This document shows, one piece after another, positions 43,303 to 50,482 of a stretch of DNA of 54,765 bases. The DNA is taken from contig CAYJOT010000001.1 of the NCBI GenBank assembly GCA_964371935.1, forward strand, positions 50,730 through 105,494, written 5' to 3'. This DNA is from an uncultured Candidatus Saccharibacteria bacterium. Its GTDB lineage: Bacteria > Patescibacteriota > Minisyncoccia > Sungbacterales > HO2-52-23. The notes beneath the pieces were generated by a model, which had not been told where the DNA came from, ran no database searches, and saw only the letters and a program-made list of their open reading frames with translations. Positions within the stretch are counted from its first letter, which is position 1. Every line of letters begins with the position of its first letter. A program made the translations under genes and the position numbers.

Positions 43303-43509
43303 TTACCCTCGCCTCATCTCTTCTTCAAATGTCGCACTGACTAATTCTTTTACATCTCTCTGCTTCACAAGAAAATACCTCGCTTCCAGCCATCGCCACG
43401 CTTCTTGCATGGCCTCACGTTCGGGTTTCTCTTCAAAACTATTTGCGACAAAAAATTTCGCGAGCAATTCATGTGCAAGAAATTTGATAGTTTTGTCATC
43501 AATTCCCAT
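43303..43509 (-). CDS. Hypothetical 68-aa protein
   Basis: ORF between argS and ileS with no recognisable motif. Confidence 0.35.
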   Translation of the reverse strand: MGIDDKTIKFLAHELLAKFFVANSFEEKPEREAMQEAWRWLEARYFLVKQRDVKELVSATFEEEMRRG

Positions 43510-43561
43510 TTGCTCCTCCTTCTTTTTCTCAAATCACCATAAGGAATCTACCCGGTATATA

Positions 43562-45376
43562 TCACATCTCTTCAGGGGCGTCAATGCCAAGGAGATACAA
43601 TCCTTTTTTGAGCGTGGTGGAGGCGGCGAAAACTAATGCAAGAAGAAAATATTTTTTTTCATTGTCGGCCTCGGCAAGAATCGGCGTTGCGTGGTAGAGT
43701 TCGTTCGCGCGAATGGCAAGGTCGTAGAGATAGGCCGCGAGCACATGCGGAGACCAGATCGCGAGTCCGTCTTCAATTGCCTCGGGAAAGCGGAGAAGCG
43801 CGGCAACAAGGTTTCGCTCTACCGGGTCAAGCACTATCGTGTCATTCTGAGTGAAGCGAAGAATCTCATGCTGCCGTGAAAGAGATCCTGCACTGCGTTC
43901 AGGATGACCAGAATCAACTTTTCTTAAAATACTCTTCAATCGCGCGTGCGTATACTGGAGATACGGCCCGGTGTTTCCCTCAAACGAGAGTGCACGATTC
44001 CAGTCAAACGTAATATCAGATGTGCGGTGATGGGCAAGATCAAAGTATTTTAACGCGCCAAGCCCCACCATGGCCGCAATGTTGTCGGCACCAGGGAGCT
44101 CCGGATTTTTTTCTTCGATCACGGCTCGCGCGCGCTCTTGAGCCTCATCTAAAACTTTCTCAAGCGAGATCCCGCTCCCTGCGCGCGTGCTCATAGCCCC
44201 GCCTTCAGGCAGCTTTATAAAGCCGTACTCCACATGCTGGCTCATGCCAGAGACCCCGTCAAATCCCAAGAGTTCCGCGACCCGAAATACCTGCTTGAAA
44301 TGGTGTGATTGGCGCACATCAACTACATACAAATTTTTCCAAAAATCCCAACGCTCTTTCCGATACCGAATGGTTGCCAGATCACGCAACAGGTAGGTAG
44401 ATGCGCCATCTGATTTTATCAGCACCGCATCATCCAGCCCCTCGCTTGTCAGATCAACGATCACCGCGCCATCATCAGTTTTTTTAGCAATATTTTTTTC
44501 CAAAGCAAGTTGTACGATAGGCGCCATTTTGTCCTCATAAAAACTCTCGCCCCGATGTTCGTCAAAAGGAAGCAGCCCGAGCCGGTTGGCTGCCTCAAGT
44601 AATTTTTGCATCGAAATCGCTACCATCCATTTCCAGATTCTCCGATTTTCAACATCCCCCTGCTCAAGTTTTGCGAATTCCTGCTTGGCATGCTCGCGGC
44701 GCAACGGATATTCTTTTATCCGTGCGTTTTCAGCCAAATATATTTCCTCAAGTTCGCCAAAAGGATCTTCCGTAATCTTTTTGGTGTGCAGATCAGCCCC
44801 GGCTTCTTTATATCCCAGCAACAAAATTCCAAATTGCGTTCCCCAATCGCCGACATGGGTATCAGATACCGCATGATACCCCTGCGACAAGAGCATGCGC
44901 TTGAGCGCGTCTCCGATAATTGCCGAGCGTATGTGGCCGATATGTGGCCTCTTAGTGATATTAAGCGCAAAATATTCAACTATCACGGTCTTGCCCTTGC
45001 CAATTTTGCTTTCACCGAACTTTTCAGGATCCTCAATCACCCGCTGAAGCAGTTCAAATAATTTTTGATCGGCAACAAAAAAATTGAGAAACCCCGGCGG
45101 TGCGGCCTCGACTCGAGCAAATATGTTTGAGCCGGAGAGCTTCTCCGCGAGTTGCTGTGCGATCTCCGTGGGATTTTGTTTGAGTGGCCGGGAAAGCAAC
45201 AGAGCAATGTTGCTCGCATAATCCCCATGCTCGTGCTGTTCCGGCACCGCAACTTCAATTGGTAAAGCCGCCGTCAGCCCGCCTGCCTGCCAGTAGGCCA
45301 GGCCGGCAGACATGGCCTCAGGATAGAGCGCAGTGACCGCACCTTGAATCTGTTTTTGAATTTCTGATCGAAGCAT
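43562..45376 (-). CDS. argS: Arginine--tRNA ligase
   Basis: 604 aa with HIGH-type ITKRPHIGHIRS and a DALR anticodon-binding C-terminus. It carries an in-frame repeat insertion. Confidence 0.95.
   Translation of the reverse strand: MLRSEIQKQIQGAVTALYPEAMSAGLAYWQAGGLTAALPIEVAVPEQHEHGDYASNIALLLSRPLKQNPTEIAQQLAEKLSGSNIFARVEAAPPGFLNFFVADQKLFELLQRVIEDPEKFGESKIGKGKTVIVEYFALNITKRPHIGHIRSAIIGDALKRMLLSQGYHAVSDTHVGDWGTQFGILLLGYKEAGADLHTKKITEDPFGELEEIYLAENARIKEYPLRREHAKQEFAKLEQGDVENRRIWKWMVAISMQKLLEAANRLGLLPFDEHRGESFYEDKMAPIVQLALEKNIAKKTDDGAVIVDLTSEGLDDAVLIKSDGASTYLLRDLATIRYRKERWDFWKNLYVVDVRQSHHFKQVFRVAELLGFDGVSGMSQHVEYGFIKLPEGGAMSTRAGSGISLEKVLDEAQERARAVIEEKNPELPGADNIAAMVGLGALKYFDLAHHRTSDITFDWNRALSFEGNTGPYLQYTHARLKSILRKVDSGHPERSAGSLSRQHEILRFTQNDTIVLDPVERNLVAALLRFPEAIEDGLAIWSPHVLAAYLYDLAIRANELYHATPILAEADNEKKYFLLALVFAASTTLKKGLYLLGIDAPEEM
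43841..43908. repeat. 68-nt imperfect hairpin element, copy 3 (inverted), in frame within argS
   Basis: GTCATTCTGAGTGAAGCGAAGAATCTC-N14-AGATCCTGCACTGCGTTCAGGATGAC. It is translated as ...SGHPERSAGSLSRQHEILRFTQND... Confidence 0.8.
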
Positions 45377-45400
45377 GCACCCACTCTACCAAAAAAGGAC

Positions 45401-45425
45401 AAAAAGAAAAGGGTCTCAGAGACCC
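45401..45425 (-). terminator. Intrinsic terminator (minus strand)
   Basis: Read on the minus strand: GGGTCTC-T-GAGACCC followed by TTTTCTTTTT, downstream of ORF 45443-45808. Confidence 0.55.
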
Positions 45426-45442
45426 TATCGTGGGGATTACCA

Positions 45443-45808
45443 TCAGTTGAGTTTTGCCTGCTGCTCGGCGAGAATGGTTTGTTTCAATGCTTCGATAATA
45501 CCCGATACCAATTTAGGCTCCATCTCCTTATTGGCATACTCTTCCGCATAAAATGATCGCACCAAAATATGTTTTACCATGACTAGTGCAGAGTCCGGAC
45601 AGTCCCTTGTCCACAACAATGCAATATAGGGCGTACCATCATCCATCACGTCACCCATCAAAGTCATACTATGTCCTTCCTGAGCAAGGTCTTGCGAGAC
45701 ACGAGCGCACCATACATCAAAAAAAGAAAGGGCATTGTCCATGTCTGCCTCTGTTTTCATGATCCAGATACATCCAAAAAGTGGTAGGGTGTGCCTATCA
45801 CCTGCCAT
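45443..45808 (-). CDS. Hypothetical protein
   Basis: 121-aa ORF with its own terminator. No family recognised. Confidence 0.4.
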   Translation of the reverse strand: MAGDRHTLPLFGCIWIMKTEADMDNALSFFDVWCARVSQDLAQEGHSMTLMGDVMDDGTPYIALLWTRDCPDSALVMVKHILVRSFYAEEYANKEMEPKLVSGIIEALKQTILAEQQAKLN

Positions 45809-45867
45809 GAGTTTACCTCCTTTTGAGCTTTTTTATGTACTCCTCCCACTATACCACACTTTCGAAA

Positions 45868-46698
45868 TTACCGAAACTCGTACACGATCGTAACGTTCGC
45901 AGTCACCTCCTGCTCGCCGGGCTGGACTTGCGGACCCGGAGCGGCCGGAGATGCCTCCATTCTTGCCCCAAGCCCGTTGACCATGTATGGCTGCGGGTAA
46001 TTGGCGCTCTCGTCGGTATATGCCACGATTTTTTTCAGGCGCACGCCAAGGTCGTTAGCCAGGGTTTGTGCTTTTACCATGGCGTTATCAATGGCCTTTT
46101 TCCGGGCGGCGGCGCGCGCGACTTCCGGATCATCCACTTTAAAAGTAAGAGAACCAACCTCATTTGTGCCTGCCGATACTACGCCGCTTAAAAGATCATC
46201 CGCTTTAGCAAGATCGCGCACCTTGATCTGGATGGTTTGCCGCACCTGGTACGATGTGATTTCCGGTGGACGGACAGTCGTCACCGGACACGGCCCCGGA
46301 AACACGCACGGCAACGGCGGATATGAAGATGAGTATTGTGGATAGATATTATATTCAGTGGTCTTGATGTCTTTTTCATCAACCCCCTGTTTTTTAAGAA
46401 AATCAACAATGGTGTTGGATTTTCTCGTGTTCTCTGCCTGTGCGTCTTTTACTTTGGCCGCCTGCGTAACCACGCTTGCCGTAAACACCGCAACATCCGG
46501 CTTCACTGTTGTCTTGCCCTCACCCGCTACCGCAAGCTGGCGCGGCAATTCGCCCGCGGGCCGCGTATGCCCCAGCTTCAACGCTGACACGCCAAAATAG
46601 AGAATCAGCACAAGCACGAACAGATTCAGCAGGATCACAAACTGATTGCGCCCCCGCTCCCCCAAAAACTGCTCGAATTTTTGTATGTTTTCGTTCAT
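45868..46698 (-). CDS. SIMPL/DUF541-family periplasmic protein
   Basis: N-terminal TM segment, then LAVAGEGKTTVKPD ... VTANVTIVYEF, as I recall for the family. Confidence 0.7.
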   Translation of the reverse strand: MNENIQKFEQFLGERGRNQFVILLNLFVLVLILYFGVSALKLGHTRPAGELPRQLAVAGEGKTTVKPDVAVFTASVVTQAAKVKDAQAENTRKSNTIVDFLKKQGVDEKDIKTTEYNIYPQYSSSYPPLPCVFPGPCPVTTVRPPEITSYQVRQTIQIKVRDLAKADDLLSGVVSAGTNEVGSLTFKVDDPEVARAAARKKAIDNAMVKAQTLANDLGVRLKKIVAYTDESANYPQPYMVNGLGARMEASPAAPGPQVQPGEQEVTANVTIVYEFR

Positions 46699-46748
46699 AG
46701 GAAAATATATTAGGAGAAAACCAAAAAATATGCTAAAATAAGCATAGC

Positions 46749-47198
46749 ATGAATGAACTTTCTGTCAACCGCCGGGCGCATTTTGACTACTCAATCCTCG
46801 AGACCTACGAGGCCGGATTGGCGTTGACCGGATTTGAGGCAAAGGCGGCCAAAGCCGGGCGCATGAGTTTGACTGGTGCGTTTGTGGTCACGAGGGACAA
46901 TGAGGCATGGCTGCTCAATGCAACGATCTCGCCGTACCAGCCCAAAAATACACCGCCAAATTACGATCCTGAACAATCGCGCCGGCTTCTTCTGCACCGC
47001 TCGGAAATCAAGGAATTGATTGGGAAAACCAGCCAGAGCGGTTTGACAATTATCCCATTACGGGTGTATACTTCGCACAATCGCGTGAAGATAGTGATCG
47101 GGCTTGCCCGCCACAAAAAGCAGGGTGACAAGCGCGAAACCATCAAAAAACGCGAAGCGCAAAAAGAGATCGGACGCGCATTAAAAAATAGGGGGTGA
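46749..47198 (+). CDS. smpB: SsrA-binding protein SmpB
   Basis: NRRAHFDYSILETYEAG ... GLTIIPLRVY is SmpB-like. tmRNA lies immediately downstream. Confidence 0.95.
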   Translation: MNELSVNRRAHFDYSILETYEAGLALTGFEAKAAKAGRMSLTGAFVVTRDNEAWLLNATISPYQPKNTPPNYDPEQSRRLLLHRSEIKELIGKTSQSGLTIIPLRVYTSHNRVKIVIGLARHKKQGDKRETIKKREAQKEIGRALKNRG

Positions 47199-47561
47199 CG
47201 GGATTCGACGGATTTTTGAACGCACAAAATCAGGTTGGAGACGCGCGGTTTCTCCATAAACCGTCCGCGCAACACATAAGTGCAAACTTATTGACGAAAG
47301 CACGAGATTCGCTCGTAGCCATTTTTGGCAACAGCGCTCTTGCTCCCGCATACGCCTAAGTAATTAGGCGCGTGCCATCGGCCTCTTGACGCTCGTAGGA
47401 GAGATCACCGGTGTCATACATCGAGCTTGGCGATTCCGATTGTTCGATACGAATCGCGACATTATCGGACAAACCCGTTGAGCCGCAAGGCAAGACAAAA
47501 CCTGTACATAAGTTTTTTGCCGGAAAAAGTTCGGACACCGGTTCAACTCCGGTCATCTCCA
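47191..47561 (+). ncRNA. ssrA: tmRNA (SsrA), about 371 nt, no encoded CCA
   Basis: 5' GGGGGTGACGGGATTCGACGG. 3' T arm CCGG-TTCAACT-CCGG plus acceptor TCATCTCC-A pairing with the 5' end. Candidate tag ORF GCA AAC ... GCT CTT GCT CCC GCA TAC GCC TAA. Confidence 0.85.
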
Positions 47562-47665
47562 TCGCGTCAAACGCGATTTATCGCGGTGGACGAGATGAGC
47601 CACGTCTGATCGCGTCTGACGCGACTGACGTGGCCACTCGTACCACAATATACAATAATATAAGC

Positions 47666-47941
47666 GTGTTTTATGTCTATATTTTATTTTCAAAAAAGGA
47701 TCATGGTCTTTATATCGGCTTTACTAAAGATTTAAAGCAAAGGTTCAAGCAACACACTGCGGGTCAAGTGCGATCTACAAAATACAGGAATCCGCTCCTT
47801 TTAATTCATTACGAAAGTTTCTTATTAAAAGAGGACGCGACTGCACGAGAAGAATATCTCAAAAGTGGGTACGGTAGAGAACAGTTGAAGTCACAACTCA
47901 AACAACTTTTTATGAAACTCAAAGTAAGGTGGCTAAAATAA
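47666..47941 (+). CDS. GIY-YIG nuclease-family small protein (GTG start)
   Basis: (M)FYVYILFSKKDHGLYIGFTKDLKQRFKQH ... AREEYLK is GIY-YIG. The upstream part of ORF 47411-47941 overlaps tmRNA and is discarded. Confidence 0.75.
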   Translation: MFYVYILFSKKDHGLYIGFTKDLKQRFKQHTAGQVRSTKYRNPLLLIHYESFLLKEDATAREEYLKSGYGREQLKSQLKQLFMKLKVRWLK

Positions 47942-48069
47942 ACGAACTGGGCTATAAATTATTTTCTATGAAACCACTCCTTCCTATTTCCACAGTATTA
48001 CTTTTTCTCATTCATAGAAAATGAAAAAAATTTGCGCTATACGGAGGATTAATAGGAGCGGCTGTCGGG

Positions 48070-48294
48070 TTGTTTGAGCTTTTTATCGTTGCCCCCACTC
48101 TCCCCACTGCGGTAGTTCTTTTTCTTTATTATTTTTCGTGGGCATTTGCTATAGATATACTTGTTCGATACATTCCTGGTGATACTGCTATGGGCATTGG
48201 GTTTTTTCTCATGCCCATAATCTCTGCGGTAGCATTTAGTATATACGGCATTATCATCGGCGTGGTACTACGCATACTCCGTAACCAGCAATAA
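48070..48294 (+). CDS. Hypothetical small membrane protein
   Basis: 74 aa with 2-3 hydrophobic helices. Confidence 0.35.
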   Translation: MFELFIVAPTLPTAVVLFLYYFSWAFAIDILVRYIPGDTAMGIGFFLMPIISAVAFSIYGIIIGVVLRILRNQQ

Positions 48295-48445
48295 ATAATT
48301 TCAGGATTTTTTGTCAACGCACAAACAGAGATGCATGAGCTTATATAACTAAGAGGTTGTAACATTCTCCCCTCATAAGATGAGCAAATATGCTGATTAC
48401 GGCTAATTTGTTCTCTGTCATCATATCTGATATCATAGAGATAAT

Positions 48446-48936
48446 ATGTCCCTCCATCGGAAAAAGTATCAGAATGCCATTTTGTACTTGTGCCAGCAGT
48501 TGAAGGGCGAAGTGCGGGGCAAGAAAAAGCTGGCGAAATTGCTGTATTTCGCGGATTTTGATTTTTATGAAAAATATCAGAAATCTATTACGGGCGATGT
48601 GTATCGCGCCCTTCCTATGGGGCCTGTGCCAAGCGCGTTAGAAGAGATCACCGAAGAGATGAGAAAGAAAAAAACACTTGCTATTGAGCATATTGAGGAA
48701 CATAAGGGATATAATCCGACAGAAGTATTTCGTTGTATAGCAGAGCCGGATGTGTCCGTCTTTGATGTAAAAGAAAAAAGATGCTCGATAGGGTCGTTCT
48801 CAAATACGGAAACCTGACGGGCAAACAGCTGGAAGAATTGTCTCATGCGGAGGCGCCCTATACTGCCGCACAGCCATACCAAGAAGTGCCGTATGAGTTT
48901 ACGTATTATCGCGGCACGGATTTCAGCGACTTATGA
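48446..48936 (+). pseudogene. Panacea/DUF4065 (SocA-like) antitoxin-domain gene split by a frameshift in an A-run near 48771-48780
   Basis: The N-terminal part KLAKLLYFADFDFYEKYQKSITGDVYRALPMGPVP (ORF 48446-48817) continues in another frame as MLDRVVLKYGNLTGKQLEELSHAEAPY... (48781-48936). Confidence 0.6.
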
Positions 48937-49163
48937 TAACATTTTCGTACCACGACGGTTTTGAGAAAGAAATCGCCGCTCTAGAAAAGCGGCGCTCGCA
49001 TTGTTCTTTTATGCATCTCATCGCATATTGATAATTATAATGACGAGCACATGAATCGTCTCACCATGTCGCGGGTGTCGGACTTCTCTTGATCATTGAC
49101 TTTCTTCCCCCTATCATGTATAGTCCCGTATGTAAGGTAAAATCAATTTAAACTTTTTTTACT

Positions 49164-49673
49164 ATTCAACGACGTTATCGTATTAATCAACTTATCCGCA
49201 CCACGCCGATCCGAGTCATTGATGACGAGGGGGCTAATCTGGGCGTGATGGAAACCACTGACGCACTTCGTCTTGCCAACGAACGCGGGCTTGACCTTAT
49301 TGAGATCGCGCCGACCGTGAAGCCGCCTGTGTGCAAGATCATGGACTTTGGCAAGTTCAAGTACGAGCGAGAAAAGGGAGAACGCGAGCAAGGCAAGAAG
49401 CGCAAAGACACGAGCGAGGTCAAGGGCGTGCGCATCGGATTTCTGACCGGCACACACGATCTTGAGCTGCGCGCCAAAAACATCAAGAAATTCCTTGATG
49501 AAGGCCACAAGGTGCGGATCGACATGAAGCTGGTGGGCAGGCAGAAAGCCCACGGCCCGTTCGCGCTTGAGAAGTTCAACGCGTTTCTGGAGATGATCCC
49601 TACGGACTTTACCATAGAGCTCGCCCCAAAGCGCCTGCCGCACGGATTGCTTGCGGTGATAACAAAAAAATAA
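49164..49673 (+). CDS. infC: Translation initiation factor IF-3, probable AUU start
   Basis: The conserved N-terminus INQLIRTTPIRVIDDEGANLG lies upstream of the first ATG/GTG. In-frame ATT codons at 49164 and 49182 follow the in-frame TAA at 49149. Confidence 0.85.
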   Translation: MQRRYRINQLIRTTPIRVIDDEGANLGVMETTDALRLANERGLDLIEIAPTVKPPVCKIMDFGKFKYEREKGEREQGKKRKDTSEVKGVRIGFLTGTHDLELRAKNIKKFLDEGHKVRIDMKLVGRQKAHGPFALEKFNAFLEMIPTDFTIELAPKRLPHGLLAVITKK

Positions 49674-49674
49674 T

Positions 49675-49740
49675 GCAAATCTACGAATGTATACGAATGC
49701 TCCGAATAGATTTCATTCGCGGCATATGCATAGGATTTGC
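49675..49740 (+). promoter_or_regulatory. Irregular ~66-nt hairpin in the infC-rpmI spacer (candidate L20-responsive leader)
   Basis: GCAAATC/GGATTTGC, TGTATA/TATGCA and CGAATG/CATTCG helices. The position matches known L20 autoregulatory leaders. Confidence 0.35.
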
Positions 49741-49754
49741 ACCATTCGCATTTT

Positions 49755-49937
49755 ATGAGTCGAAAAGCCGTTCTCAAACGAATCAAATTTACTCGAACCG
49801 GAAAAGTGCTCCGCCGCCGCGCCGGACACAATCATTTTAATGCCAAAAAGGGACAGAGCGAGCAGGGGCGCAAAAAAGGCATGCTGGGTTTTACTCCCGC
49901 TCTTGAGAAAAAAATGAGGGCATACGCAAACCAATAA
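49755..49937 (+). CDS. rpmI: 50S ribosomal protein L35
   Basis: MSRKAVLKRIKFTRTGKVLRRRAGHNH is L35-like. It starts at the internal Met of ORF 49737-49937. Confidence 0.85.
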   Translation: MSRKAVLKRIKFTRTGKVLRRRAGHNHFNAKKGQSEQGRKKGMLGFTPALEKKMRAYANQ

Positions 49938-49952
49938 GCTTCCAACTTATTT

Positions 49953-50336
49953 ATGACCAGAGTCAAACGAGGAACCATTGCCCATAAGCGGCGCGAAAAA
50001 CTTCTCAAATATGCGAAGGGATTTCGCTGGGGGCAAAAAAATAAAGAAAGGCTTGCGCGGCAGGCATTGCTGCACGCATGGCCAAACGCATTTGTCGGAC
50101 GCAAACAAAAGAAACGCAATTTCCGCCGCCTGTGGCAAATAAAAATCGGCGCCGCAACCCGCGCCCAGGGTATTTCATACAGCGCATTTATCGGCGGGCT
50201 TAAAGACAAAAAAATCGAGATAGACCGCAAAATCCTCGCCGAGCTTGCCGAGAACTACGCATCGGCGTTTCAGAAAATTTTGTTTGTCTCTCATCCTGTG
50301 ACGGCAGACGAGTGTGCTACTCCAGATACCAGATAA
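49953..50336 (+). CDS. rplT: 50S ribosomal protein L20
   Basis: MTRVKRGTIAHKRREKLLKYAKGFRWG is L20-like. Confidence 0.93.
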   Translation: MTRVKRGTIAHKRREKLLKYAKGFRWGQKNKERLARQALLHAWPNAFVGRKQKKRNFRRLWQIKIGAATRAQGISYSAFIGGLKDKKIEIDRKILAELAENYASAFQKILFVSHPVTADECATPDTR

Positions 50337-50482
50337 GCACTGGTGATGTTGAGCATGTCCTTTTTTCCCGCCGTTGGTTTTCTGCAATTTGTTTCTTTGT
50401 GAAGCTCCTCCTATGACTTCGCCTTTTTCGCTATCCGCGCGAGTTGTTTGTCAAAAGTAACGAAGCAACCCAGACCGAGCTA

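Noticed and set aside
47411-47665. The N-terminal 85 codons of ORF 47411-47941.
   Set aside because: This part overlaps the 3' third of tmRNA and the hairpin region. The GIY-YIG homology starts only at the in-frame GTG at 47666.
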